From Paraspadella gotoi (Eukaryota; Animalia; Chaetognatha): a stretch of 64,000 bases of DNA. Position 1 is the first letter of the stretch. Each line of letters starts with the position of its first letter. Below, piece after piece: positions 39,878 to 52,343 of the stretch. The DNA lies in contig CM119263.1 of NCBI GenBank assembly GCA_051294375.1, forward strand, positions 29,910,099 through 29,974,098. The letters run 5' to 3'. The position numbers were made by a program, and so were the translations under genes. Below the pieces are notes generated by a model. That model made no database searches and had not been told where the DNA came from. It saw nothing but the letters and a program-made list of their open reading frames with translations.

Positions 39878-42800
39878 TACTCACCAGCCGATTCAACCAC
39901 TTGATCCGCCTCCTCATCCTGTTCTATCCAAGGATACTCTATTTTCTCCCCGTGATCCCAAGAGATCAAATCGAAGAAGACGTACTCCCCGTAGAAGAAT
40001 TCCAGGTTGTCGGCCGCCTTGACGACTTCCCTCATCTGACGCCTGGATGCGCAAACGATGACGATGGCGAAGCGGGAGCCGACTCTCTTGTTGAAGACGT
40101 CGTTGAGGCTGTAGGTTTGCGCGGAGCAAAAATACAAGATATGATATATGAAGTCTTGTTCCCCTTTTAATTTTTTTGTATTTGAGATAATACTATGGCC
40201 CAAGAAAAAAAAAAAGAAAATTCACTCGCTCAATTTTTCCGTTCCATAGTTTATCTAAAGCAATCAGAGGAAAAAAATGTTTCCAAAAATAGCAAAACTG
40301 GTTTAGTTGACTTTTTTGAAGTGAAATATAGCTAAAACAAACAATTTAAACCGGTTTTCATCCATAAAGATATAAAAAAAACTTGTTTATATAAATATTG
40401 AGTTTATCGGGACTAAAATCCACCAAACCGTTAATATCCGCGGCCCATTGGTGCCGGAGGCAAGTCCTTTCGCCTCAAAACCCAAAGGGTCCGGGGTTCT
40501 AGCCCGGTGGTCGTCTGGCAGTTAAGAGGGACGGGCGGCGCTTAACCCGCCTGTAACATGGTGTTACAGCCTGATCCGAAGCTCAGGGACTGCTTATATT
40601 GAACGGTTCTGTCACTAACACATAACAATAATTACTGTCTCTTCATTGGTGAGCCCGACTTCCGAACACAACAGCAACAACAACACTTTCAGGCGTCATG
40701 CCTCAACCTGGCGATGCACTTTCCGCCCACAACACATCAGGTGACATGCCTCAACTTGGTGATGAACTTTCCACCAACAACAACAATTCACTGAAGAGAT
40801 GCAACAGACTTCTCCCTACGGGAGGGGGGATGTATGGTGGACTAAAATCCACCAACCGTTCATCAGCGGCCATTGGTGCCGGAGGCAAGTCATTCGCCTC
40901 CAACCCAAAGGTCCGGGGTTCTAGCCCGGTGGTCGTCTGGCAGTTAAGAGGGACGGGGTGCTTAACCCGCCTGTAACATGGTGTTACAGCCTGATCCGAA
41001 GTCAGGGACTGCTTATATTGAACGGCTTCTGTGACTAACACATAACAATAATTACTGTCTCTTCAGAGTGATTCTAAAAGCTAAGTATTTTTCATAAAAA
41101 TTTCTAAAAGTGGAAAACAAGTACCAAGAAGTCAATATCCTGTTTAAAGTTTTAATGTTTACAGACAATAAATTCTGTACATATTAAAAATAAACCTCTA
41201 CGTTCTCATCTCAAACTCAATAAAATGGAACAAATCATGTTTGAGCAAACAATGCCGGATCTGCCCACGATCATTATCAATTATCATTATCATTAATTAA
41301 TTTATTAATTAATTATTTCATTAATTAATATTAATTTTTTTTATTCGTGTCAAAAACGTTTTCCACTTTGTCTTGCCTCTCAATCACAAAACAACAATCT
41401 CGATCACAAAATTAATTAACTAATTAATTAATTTATACAAATAATTAATAAATAATTAATTACTTATTTATTAATAATTAATTAATGCAGCTTGAATTTA
41501 CATTTAATATAAAAATAAAAAAGCATAATAAAATAGTGAAATAGTTTGTTTGTTTTTTCCATTTTAACTCATTTCCACTCATTTCCTGCTCGATCACACA
41601 CTTTCCTACCCATATACAAAATTTGAAGTCAATCGCTCCATATTAACTCATTTCCATTTGAACGATTTTATCGAAACTTTATTTCCAGCTCAATCACACA
41701 CTTTCCTACCCACACACAAAATTTCATTCCAATCCATCCATAAAATGACGAGTAATTGGTGTTTTTTGCTAAAGTGGGACGGACGGAGGGACAGACAGAC
41801 AGACGGACGGACGGACATCATTTTTTTTTCCATAATTTATCATAATTCGATGTTCTGACATGATATAAGTGAATGCCCGACAAGATTGGGGGAGGCGGAC
41901 CGACGGACCGACCAAGTGAATTATAAAGCCGGAATCCGGCTAAAAAAAGGATGTCAGATTTAACTTAAAAGCAACAATAGCGGAAGGTGGCGACAGAGTA
42001 AAAAGGCTCTAAAGCCAAATGGTGATTTCACTGATACCTTTTTGTGTCATAATCACAACCTCTCTTGAGTTGGAGGATTTTTTTAACAGGACGATGTCAA
42101 TGTCAATTTATTTTTCTTTATGTTTATATTATGAAGGTTTTAAACATCATTTGACTAAAAACATAGTTTCCCGATCACCCGAGATTAATACGTTGCTTTA
42201 TTTTTAGTGGTTCCAAAAAAGCAAAACTTTATTTATTAATAAATAAATTTGTTTTTAACCTATGAAAACAGTTGTTATCTTCTGAATTTCATATGTATTT
42301 GATTTAAACTTTCTGATCAACTATTTTTCAAAATTTTGTAGTCGGGCATATCATAAGTTCACCCCGCCTATAAGTATAACACTTTCGTGACCCGGTGGCT
42401 CATTGAGTAAAGCCATCAGCTCAATCCCGACCCGATAACTACCCTGCGGGAAGCGTGAGGACGGTCGTAAGCCGCTTTGGGGGCTAGAGGGGTTAAAGAA
42501 GTTGCGGATAGTCATCTTCAGCCCACTTAGGGCCTTATCCACAATTTTTTGTAATTTTCAACAAAATAATGTTTTTAATAATATTTAAATATTGTTTAAT
42601 ACAAGTGTTTTTGTATTTCTATACTTGAAAACATTTTTAAATACTTGGATTTAGTTATACTTGACAAAAGTTAATCCTACTAACCATTTTTGTCTTATCT
42701 TTACAAAATTATAAAATCGATAGAACCGAAAAATTGCCCAAGCGAATTTTTAAATTTTTTGATCTTAAAGAATAGTTTTACATGTGTTTAAAAAAATTAA

Positions 42801-45800
42801 TAGGGCACAAGAAGTCCTTCGTCTTTTATTGTATTTATACTTCTCCCATCTGTCGGTGACGTCGCTGCTATCGATCTCGAGGTCGGTCTCGTCGACGAGA
42901 AGTTTGAGAAGATCGGCGCAATTGTTGTATTTCATTAAAGAGCCGACTCTGTGGAGCTCGCTCTGGGGAAAAAAGACGGGAGAATGAGAAAATTATGGAC
43001 TTTTAGATCGTGATTATGGGCATTTCGAAATGGAAGAATGAGTCTGGCACTTTTGCTGAATTAATGCTTATAGGTGGGGTAAACTTAGGCAATGCCCAAC
43101 TACATGCCCCCCAGATTGTAACTGCTTTCAGTAGAGGGAGGGGAGCAATCTTCAGCTAGTCCAGAGGACTGGAATCAGAAGGTTGGAATACGCTCGACAG
43201 GATTGGCTCACCAGTGTGGCTAAGTTGGGCTGAAGAGTGCTATCCGTAAATTCTCTGCTCCCTCAGCTGCCATGGAACTAGTCTTGAAGGTTTTCCAGGC
43301 CCCCAAAGCGGTTTACGGCCGTCCTCATGCTTCCCGCAGGGTAGGTACCGGGTTTGATTAAACCCGGTACCAAGTGGTCATGATGACTTTACTCAATGAG
43401 CCACCGGGTCACAACTGAAAGGTTCATGTTTATAGGCGGGGTGAACTTATGCTATGCCCGACTACATATAGAATTATCGAAATAAACAATGTGACTTTGT
43501 CATAATTTTGGAGTTTTAAAATGAAAAAATTAAGCGTCTGTAGCAAAATGGCAGAAATTAACTTACACACTCTGAAAGGGAAGAAAAAAGATCTCATTCG
43601 CAGAAATGAATATGCTTTTTACATTTTTTCAAACGAAATTTAAATTATGAAATTGGTACAACCAATATAAAAATGATCCATTCATTTAATAAATAAGCTA
43701 TCTTGCCCATGACTTTGAACAGGCTTGGTGATTTATAAGGCCTCCATCACTCTTACAAGATAATGACATAGCAGGTCCCTGCAAGCTTTCAATCAAGACT
43801 CTCTCACAGTCTCGTTTATTTACTCCCAGATTACCTGGCTTCCCTATCAATGAAGTGGTATAATATTTCAAAGAATGTTTCAATTGTATGAAAAGACCAC
43901 TCCCTTAAGTATTAGATTGGGAATACTTATTGTACTCCGCATTAGCATCAAAACAAGGAGCTGAATTTTATGAAATTGGTACAACCATATAAAAATTATC
44001 CATTTCACTTAATAATAAGCTATCTTGCCCCTGACTTTGGACAGGCTTTGGTGGTTTAAGGCCTCCATCACTCTTACAAAGATAATGACTAGCAGGTCCC
44101 GTGAAGCTTTTCAATCAAGACTCTCTCACAGTCTTGATTCTTGATGATGTAATTAACATTTAATCTCACCGAATATAAATAAAAGGCTTTCGTCCAACCA
44201 AAAAACTTCATCGTCTCATTAATAATTCTGACCAATTCCCAGTTTCCACCTCCGTGCCTAAAGCATCTTTCGCAAGCTGGATAAATTAGAAAATGACTTA
44301 TATTTCCTTATTTAAATGAATTGAAACAAGAAACGTGCAATGCAATTATAAAAAAAATAATTTAAAAAAACTCATTGCTTACCATAAAAAATATCAAAAT
44401 TTTAAATTTTGAAATCAGTTTCGAATTCCCCATGAAAAGTTGATAAAAGGAAATATAGAATATTTTATTGAGTGGGCCAAAATCAGAAAAAAAACCTGGG
44501 ATAATTAACCAATGAGTAATTCGAATTCGAATTCAAGACTAAGAAAAAAACATTTGGAATTTTGATTTTTTCTATGGCAAGTACAATCTACGATGGGCTA
44601 ATCCAGAAAATAATTTTTTTTATATTAAATGTTCATTGGTTATTTATTAAAAATTAGAATTTTAATCTACAACTTTCACTACACCTTACTACACCATACT
44701 CAATAGGCTGAAGTGATAAAAAGATTAAGCGAGTTAACAATATTTTTTTGCTGCCTCCGTATATGAAATTGGTACAACCAATATAAAAATTATCTATTCA
44801 TTTAATAAATAAGCTATCTTGCCCCTGACGTTGGACAGGCTTCGGTGGTTTAGGCCTCAATCACTCTTACAAGATAATGACATAGCAGGTCCATGCAAGC
44901 TTTCAATCAAGATTCTCTCACAGTCTCGTTTATTCACTCCTAGAGTACCTGGCTTCCCTATCAATGAAGTGGTATAATGTTTCAAAGAATGTTTCAATTG
45001 TATGAAAAGACCACTCCCTTAAGTATTAGATCGGGGAATACTATATTGTACTCCACCCAGCATCAAAATACAAGGAGCTGAATTTTATAAAATTTGTACA
45101 ACCAATATAATGTAATTTAAAAAATAATGCTTTTTTAAAATAATAAGTAATAATATCCTTATAAATTTATAAAATTTCAAATTGATTTATTTAAAATTTT
45201 AATAACAGATTCGGATTCGAGAAAAAAATAAGAAACTTTTATAAAATATGTTTTATATTATTATATAATATTTTGATGTTAAAGCTGTGAAAAAGGATAA
45301 AAATGGTTTATCATATAATAGTTTCTTCTACAGAGAGTTAAAAATTTGAGAATTTTGACCTTTTTTCCAATTTTGATACTGAAGACAAAGAAATTTGTGA
45401 TAACATATTTTATATTTTTGATCAAACTTTTTATGAGAAATCTGAATGTGTAATAAAAATTTTTAAAAATTATTTTGAAAATGAAAACTATAAATTAAAA
45501 CTATAAATATATTGTATTTTGCTTTTCTATTCCCGAAACAATATTAACAAAATATTTTTTTGTATTCAATAATCATACTATTTTGCATAAAATTATTATT
45601 ATGATTTGACTCAAATCAAATTTTTGTCTTCAAGTGCTCCACTCTATTACTCAATACTCATTACCCAAATTCCTCTGCGTTCTCATAAACTTTCGATTGT
45701 CCAACAAGGTCGATCCGTCGAATGTGTATTGAAATAGATTTTGAAAAAGCGCGAAGCTTATTAAGTTGACGTTTAGACTATCGGGACCGAAAATAGCGAC

Positions 45801-46311
45801 CACGTAGCATTTGTATCTGAGGGGTTTTTTTTTAAATTCTAAATGATGCGATAATCCTTTCTTTTTCGTTGTTTATTTATATTAGGGAAAGCAAAGTATT
45901 TTGAATTTGTAACAACGATTTTTTAATTAAGAGTTGGACATGTTTTGGCTAGATTACTTCATTCTCAATGAAAAATAAAAAGATTGTAAAATTTTTCTTA
46001 GGTTTTTTTTCTTGGTCCAATAGAAAAAAGAAAATGTTTAAAAGTTTTGAAGCTTTAAAGTTTAATCATTCTGCGTAGGTTTTGGTGATGATGATTCTTG
46101 CTGGTCTATCGGATTTATTTTAAATTGTTTTTAAAAACTCACCCAATCAATCAACACTGACTCAATCACTTCACTCACCCTTGACAGTCCATTTTTATGT
46201 CGTTGATCGTTTTCAACACATTCGCTCTGGGTTCGTCAGGGATCGATTGATTTCCGTGAAAAATCCAAGCGAAGCAAAGGAGTCCCTTCGTCGGCAGAGT
46301 TGATTCATCGT
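28862..46311 (-). CDS. Receptor-type guanylyl cyclase (NPR-like architecture), ~20 exons; first exon(s) not resolved
   Basis: Mostly phase-consistent GT-AG exons: 46311-46179, 45816-45658 (AIFGP), 44257-44170 (FGWTK), 42962-42841, 40108-39885, 39659-39486, 39295-38967 (PPDVPKCG), 38520-38336 (TM), 35487-35447, ~35049-34910, 34787-34554, 34367-34285, 33989-33870 (LLWICPELLR), 33469-33429, 33359-~33183 (GDIYSFGII), 32872-32793 (CWSERP), 32419-32282, 32066-32001 (MLPP), 31695-31500, 31204-31048, 30481-30354, ~29712-29613, ~28959-28862. Confidence 0.9.
31500..31695 (-). CDS. Cyclase catalytic-domain exon
   Basis: VTILCSDIVNYT...LYKIDTIGDSYIVAAG; 196 nt with AG/GT boundaries. Confidence 0.92.
34554..34787 (-). 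CDS. Guanylyl cyclase kinase-homology exon
   Basis: VMEYLPRGSVQNVL...DIAMALRYLH...HGRLRSTSCL is typical of receptor-GC pseudokinase domains. Confidence 0.9.
35730..35782 (-). ncRNA. Minimal type I hammerhead ribozyme (left arm)
   Basis: Minus strand: agca CTGATGA a GGCTCT aagtgaa AGAGCC GAAAC ATGTC tgact. Confidence 0.85.
36511..36960 (-). pseudogene. GIY-YIG endonuclease domain of the Penelope-like element (one frameshift)
   Basis: KDKIP..SGAVY..C...C..AYVGKTGKSL..RFKQH...SAIAEH...GH, then REAIYI...PSLNRDGG..LP..Y. Confidence 0.88.
37258..37312 (+). ncRNA. Minimal type I hammerhead ribozyme (right arm)
   Basis: CTGATGA 37268-37274, stem II ggctct/agagcc, GAAAC 37295-37299, GTC cleavage triplet ending at 37304. 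Confidence 0.85.
37762..38276. mobile_element. TTAGGG-filled MITE-like copy
   Basis: ggccttattttctaagaacgccccatt ... gaaatcggggcctttcgtaaaag ends with many ttaggg units inside. Confidence 0.55.
38336..38520 (-). CDS. Guanylyl cyclase transmembrane exon
   Basis: IWPYVVGGVIALLALLVVCLAAYRKR: hydrophobic helix followed by a basic stop-transfer sequence. Confidence 0.85.
40404..41065 (+). mobile_element. Complete TRIM, family A, with tRNA-containing LTRs
   Basis: 5' LTR 40404-40645 (noisy start) and 3' LTR 40831-41065 (TGT...TCA). PBS TGGTGAGCCCGAC at 40647, PPT gggagggggga 40820-40830, TSD GAGT at 40400-40403 and 41066-41069, 185-bp non-coding interior. Confidence 0.88.
40866..40936 (+). promoter_or_regulatory. 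tRNA-like Pol III promoter inside the family A LTR (second copy ~40440-40515)
   Basis: Acceptor-like pairing gcggcca/tggtcgt, A-box-like TGGTGCCGGAGG, B-box-like GGTTCTAGCCC with a ccggg/cccgg stem; anticodon arm degenerate. Confidence 0.7.
41560..41948. mobile_element. DINE-1/HINE-like non-autonomous element
   Basis: Internal ~95-bp duplication, (GACG/GACA)n core, terminal hairpin agccggaatccggct followed by an A-run. Confidence 0.45.
42337..42543 (+). mobile_element. Solo LTR of TRIM family B, internally deleted
   Basis: TGTAGTCGGG...TTATCCACA flanked by ATTT on both sides. Confidence 0.82.
43036..43466 (-). mobile_element. TRIM family B: 5' LTR, interior and partial 3' LTR
   Basis: Minus strand: LTR 43466-43215 (TGTAG...CCACA), PBS TGGTGAGCCAATC 43213-43201, 110-bp interior, G6 tract 43112-43107, then a new TGTAG LTR start at 43104. 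Confidence 0.8.
43648..45110. repeat. ~320-bp dispersed and tandem repeat family (units 43648-43968, 43969-44135, 44762-45110)
   Basis: Shared core atgaaattggtacaaccaatataaaa...ggtggtttaaggcctcc; related copies near 3530, 23555 (inverted), 23875, 29825 (inverted), 30145. Confidence 0.75.
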
Positions 46312-48329
46312 CTGAGACGCGGATTTGGATGGATCGTTTGTTTTTTAAGAGACTCGATTTTAAGCCTTAAGCATATTATATCATTTTTTTAACAAGGTCA
46401 AGGATTCGAAATTTAAAAAAAAATTGCGATTCATTGACTTTACTCTCTAGGAAAAAAAACATATCACATAATTGTTGAAAAATTCATTTATTCAATAAAA
46501 AATATTACTGCTTAGTGCTTACATTTGTGTAGGCATGCTTTTGTACAGCGAATTGGGGTATGATAGTAAAATGTTTTCCACACCTTTAATGCAATTTTTT
46601 TCAGCCACGATATTGATGTTGCATGACTTTGCATCTTTTCTGAGAGCTATAATAATATTTTTTGAACCAAAAAAAAGTGTCTTTAGCATTGCCAATTTAA
46701 AAAAAAAATAACTCCATTTGAAATAAAAGAAAATAACTAAATACCAATAATAGTAAAAAATTAAATAAGATTTTTTTTATCATTTTTTATTTGAAGTAGT
46801 GATCTTTTTTTGCCTGTTAATCTAAACGATTTTACATATGAAAAAATGGAAGGAAGCTATGGAAAAGAAATTTGATATAGATTTTTTAAAAATTTGATTT
46901 TTTAAAATCGAATAAGTTTTCGAGTAGATATCTTCTACTAAAAATGTGATATACTTTTTTCATAGATGGTACGTTTGATCACTTGTTTTTAAAAAGCCTC
47001 ACCTCTAAACTTCTAGTTCTTGTCTTATTTTCATTTTATTGTTATTTTTTAACAAAGAACAAAAATTTAATATTTCCTATTTGACTGTTCATTTATTTTC
47101 CAAGAAACTCACTTCAAGGCTCATTTGCATATTTCTTTCTCTTTTTTTCGTTATCGACGTTTTTTCGTTGTATATGTATTTGTCTTTATGTCGTTGTCTT
47201 TGTTATCGTTGTTGTTTTAGTTGTTTTTGTTGTGGGCATTACTCTTGTGAATTCTGGTGAAGACGTCGGCTTTGGCGATAATTTCTTTATTCAGGGGAAA
47301 TTCATCGGAAAGAAATTCGTGCATCCGAAAAAATTGTTTGTGGTTTTGGTCCATGTTGAAGAGGACGATGAGTTTAGAGAAGCCGGGAGGTGGGGGTGAT
47401 CGGGTGCAGACGAATGGCTGGGAGTCGAGGGGGAGAGGGAGAGAGAGAGAGAGTCAGAAAGACAGAGATGAGGGAAAGGGGAAGGAAGTCAGAGGAGAGA
47501 TCAAGAGAGAAAGATGAAAAATGAATAGATAGAGAAATGAGTAAAGGAGAAAGAAAACATAAAATAACATAACAATTATGGCAACAGCCGGGTAGCCTGT
47601 AATGACCATTGGGATGGGGCATCTCGCTGAGCCAATGGGATTGGAAGAATATACCGGCACACAGTATGATTAAGGAATTATCTTTACTTGAAATCAAGAA
47701 CGTCTAAAAAAGCACAGAAAACAAAACAAAAAAACGACAACTGCTCTATTTGTTTAATCTCTATTTCACAACAACAACAACAATTACTTCGTAAGGTTGA
47801 CGAGACAAATCCGTCGACACGAGAGGCAGAAAGATGAACAGAAACAAAATGGCCGCCTTCTCTTCGTCGTCAAGAAAACGCGAAAGATGAAATATGAGAA
47901 ACATCGCAATAAAAAAAAAGATCAAAACGAAAAATATTAAGATGAAACGACGATAAAAGTGAATTTTAGAGAATAATTTTTTTTTATTCTACGGGATTCA
48001 TTTTCATTTTTCTATTCAGTGGCATTAATAATTTTATTTTTTTGATTTTTGCGAGTGGAATTTGTAAAACGAATATAAAGATTATTCAATCATGATGAGC
48101 TTAGCCCTCCCTCGCTCTCACAAGAAAATAACATAGCTGGCCACATAATTTTTTTTTAAATCAAGACTCTCACAGTCTTGGCCTCCTTATAAATGAAGTT
48201 TTATAACATGTCTCTGTTAATTGTATCTGTATGTATATCTTTTTAAAGTAAATAAAACTATTAACTTTATGAATCCACGAAAACCTAAATAAAAAATCTT
48301 AAAAGCATAAAGATCGAGCCGCTTCGATA

Positions 48330-48548
48330 GTAACCAAATATTGATCGCGATGATAACCAAATATTGATGCGATGATAACCAAATATTGACGCGATGATAA
48401 CCAATAATTGATGGCGATGATAACAAAATGACTGATGTGATGATAATCAAATGATTGATGCGATGATAGTCATTCATTGATATGATGATAATCATTCATT
48501 GATACGATGATAGTCATTCATTGATGCGATGATAGTGATTCATTGACG
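48330..48548. repeat. 21-bp minisatellite tgatgcgatgataaccaaata
   Basis: Visible tandem units. Confidence 0.75.
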
Positions 48549-48595
48549 CGCTGAATCATTCATCGTAAATAAAACAAACAAATGCGTGTATGAGT

Positions 48596-48653
<58 letters not shown>

Positions 48654-48822
48654 CTGGACAGTTTTCCCGCCAACGAAACGCATTATTAGGTCTCTCTCGT
48701 TTATATAAAGAATAATCAGAATTTTTAGAAAAAAAATCCACGAAAATCTCGGATGTAAATTTGTGATTTTGTATTGAGAAAAAAGCGCGGAATAAATGGC
48801 GATAATAAAAGTTTTTAGAAGG

Positions 48823-48859
<37 letters not shown>

Positions 48860-49250
48860 AGAGAGAGAGAGAGAGAGAGAGAAAGAGGGAGGGAGAGTGA
48901 GAAAAGAGAGAGGGAGAGAGAGTTTTCCCACCAACGAGACGCATTATTAGGTCACTCTCGTTTATATCGGTTATCCGTTGCCTCGCAAGGCGTCGTGAAA
49001 TTGGGTCTATGTTGATTTTTTTTTTATACACGTAACGCGTTATTAGGTCATGTTCCTCGACATTGTTTACTTGTTGCTCCGCAACGACCACGAAATCTAG
49101 GTTAAGTAAGTTATTGTATTTTGGGATTTTGTATTGAGATAAAATAATAAATGGCGATAATAAAAGTTTTTAGAAGGAAAAAATCCACGAAAATCTCGGA
49201 ATAAATGGCGATAATAAAAGTTTTTAGAAGGAAAAAAAAAGAGAGAGAAA

Positions 49251-49292
<42 letters not shown>

Positions 49293-50329
49293 TAGAGAGA
49301 AAAAGATTGTTCTTTTTTTAGGAAGAAACCAGACCGAGGTACAAATTATCAGAATAACAAAAAAGGAATGTTTAATTTGACTATAATCTCTCTTATCAAC
49401 TCCTATTTTAGATATAATTTGCCAATAGTGGGCCAACCGGTCCAAAGTTGCAATAATAAATAAAAACAAAATTTTTTTTTTATAATGTGATGCATGCAAT
49501 TATATTATTCGGCGAAAGTGCTGCATATATAATAGGTCACATTAGCTGATTTATATGTGATAATGCATATCATTATAAGTTATTCTTCATTTTTAAAAAA
49601 AAATAATAAGAGAGAGAAGAGAGAGAGAGAGGAGAGAGAGAGAGAGAAAGAAAAAGAAAAACCGAATTTCTTTCCAATTATATCTCAGATATAAATTTGG
49701 GATTTTGTATTGAAAAAAAAAGCGCGGAATAAATGGCGATAATAAAAGTTTTGAGAAGGAAAAAAATAATCAGAATTTTTCAAAAAATGAACGATCGTAC
49801 AGAGTGAGAGAGACAGAAAGACAGAAAGAGAGAGAAAGAGAGACAGAAAGAGAAAAAGAGAGACAAAGAGACAGAAAGAAAGAGAAAGCTGGAAGCCAGC
49901 TGAACAGTCACTGCAGAACCTGAACTCGTTTTTTAAGGGTTCAGAAAAAGCAGCAACTGACAAATATAGGAAAAGAAAATCTATATATAATTTAAAGAAA
50001 TAAAAGAAAGGCAAAAATATGTTACAATTGTTTACAATTTGAAATTTTTCCAATTTTTTCCAATCGCAGCTTGTAAAAGATTTAATTTATATTTGTATTA
50101 AAATTAAGATATAGCTTCTCATTAAAAAAATCCTTTGAGTTCCCATTTTTATTAAAAATTTAAAACAAATTTTTTGAATTTCATCTTCAATATTATATAC
50201 TGCAATATGTAAATTAGGTTAAAGCATTTCTATATACTAATTTGGATATTATAAGGAGTACTTTAATCTCATTTGCATATTGCAGTAAATCATAATGAAG
50301 TGGAAATTCAAACAAAAAATACTTAAATC

Positions 50330-50620
50330 CAAATGTAATATGAAAATATCACAGCTATTTCAAGATGAAAAGCCATATCTAAATTTTTAACTTACTATGA
50401 TCGCACACTTTTGTAAAACTTTATCATAATTCATAATAATTTTTATTTTAAAAAAAACGGTAAGTCACAGCCAAACCTATAAAAGCGTAGTAGTTTTTAT
50501 ATATGAAAACAGCGTGACGGACGACGACGACGACGACGACGACGACTACGTCACAAAGAAGCAACCCTAAAACATTATAGAGCCTGACCCGGCTTCGCCG
50601 GTCAAGGCTCGATAAAAATA
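50330..50620. mobile_element. DINE-1/HINE-like element with (GAC)n and a 3' hairpin
   Basis: gagcctgacccggc-ttc-gccggtcaaggctc hairpin followed by an A-run. Confidence 0.4.
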
Positions 50621-52343
50621 TTTTCTCAATCTAAAACAACGATATAGAAAATATTCGTAACAGTAATTAGGAAGCCGCTATAGAAAAAGAAGCCAGTGAC
50701 TTTTTTCTTATAATTTTTATATCGAAGAGATGTGAATGACGGGAATATTGTAAAATCTCAAGTTTCGCTTTAAATCGGACCTCACATTGTGGAGAATCTA
50801 GGAACCCATCAAAATTCCAATCCCTTTTTTTCAAACATTTCCTACGCCTTTTAAGATTTTAAGCCGATTCTGACTTCCTCTTACAAACTTATAATTCCGC
50901 AAGTTAATTTTTTTTTCTTAAACGAGCGAAGGGAATCCATAACTTTCTGTTTTTATGATTCTGCCGTAAAAAAATATAATGAATAACATTAACATTGGGA
51001 ATTATGAAAGTAAAATGTCTTGTGAGCCTGTGAGAGTTTAAATAATTAAAAGATTCGCCTATTTTATTAATTGGAAAAATGACATTAAGTGAAGTAGTTG
51101 AACGTCTTCCAGCTCATTTCAGTAAACATCCCTGTTCTCTAACATAAAATAATGTTACTTTGCTGGTGAAAAGAAAGATAAATAGTTAGGCTGTGATGGG
51201 GTGAATAATATTTTGGTAGAAATTTTGTAAGCATGCTGTAATATCATGAAGCAAATATTTAAGTGAAAAAAAAATTATATTTCTTTATCCAAAAAAGCTT
51301 AAAAGTTTTACTATAGTACAATTTAGCCCTTTTTTCTCTTCAGAATCACTAAAAGAATTTAAAATTATTCATTTATTTTTATGGGGTTTCATTAGTTTTA
51401 AAATTCATTATAATTTTGACTTAGTTTTTGACACTCACCCTGTAAAGAGGTTTTCAGCAAAAATAATTCTAATATTGTAAACATTGTATGTGCTAATGAT
51501 TAAGCTTCATTTTGGTACTATTGCCAATCCTGTATCTTTGTTCCTTCAAGAGATATCGAAAATCAGTTTTTCTCTCAAACCTTCCTTTTAATTTCTTATT
51601 AAATAAAATTTCATGTTGTCAAACAGACGCAATGGACTTTACAATGTTGTGTTTACTATGAAGAGTTTGGTCAATAAATGAAAAGAAAAATTTGGTAAAA
51701 CAAGCTCTTGAGACAAGAGCTTTTAATCTCAAAATTCGAAGTAATATTATAATGTTGAACATACCCTAGCCCCGTTTACAAATTTTGAAAAGCAAAATTT
51801 CCCTTTCATTCTATAGTAAAAACAAGGTTTGAAAATTCTCCGGGAGATGACTAGTGCATTTACCCCTGGCTTTTGTTTGATATTAAAATCCTTTATCACA
51901 GCCATATAGACGAATTTGGCTAGCTCATTTAAGATATAACGCTATCGGAATCGTGTGTTTTTACAACTTTTTTACCCCGGGCGAATTTTCTGGCAATCTC
52001 GTTTGCAATTTGGTAGTCAGATTTTTAACGGAAATCTCTATTAGCAAAAATGTTGAATTTTTTTTTAACGAGATTCTCGTCTACAGTAATGTTAAATTCG
52101 AGTTTAATTCAAAATTAAAAAAAACAAAATTCAACAAAAAATATAACAGTGCCCAAATATTACGGTCTACACAGTTCAAGTATTATGATGAAAAAATGAG
52201 ATGTGAAGATAATTAAATGATTCATAGAATCATTAACAGAGTTGTTATAAAATTATCTGTGTTTCACAAACAAACTCCACTTTCAATAAAACACAAATAG
52301 GGAATTCTCTTTTAATGGAATAATTCGATAATTCGCGATAATT

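Noticed and set aside
40866-40936. Functional tRNA gene or simple tRNA-SINE
   Set aside because: Anticodon and D arms are degenerate, there is no T-run terminator or A-tail, and it sits inside an LTR with PBS, PPT and TSD.
47110-47860. First exons and YY1-like motif (aaaatggccgcc) for the cyclase gene
   Set aside because: Candidate frames contain stops and no phase-compatible signal-peptide exon could be built.
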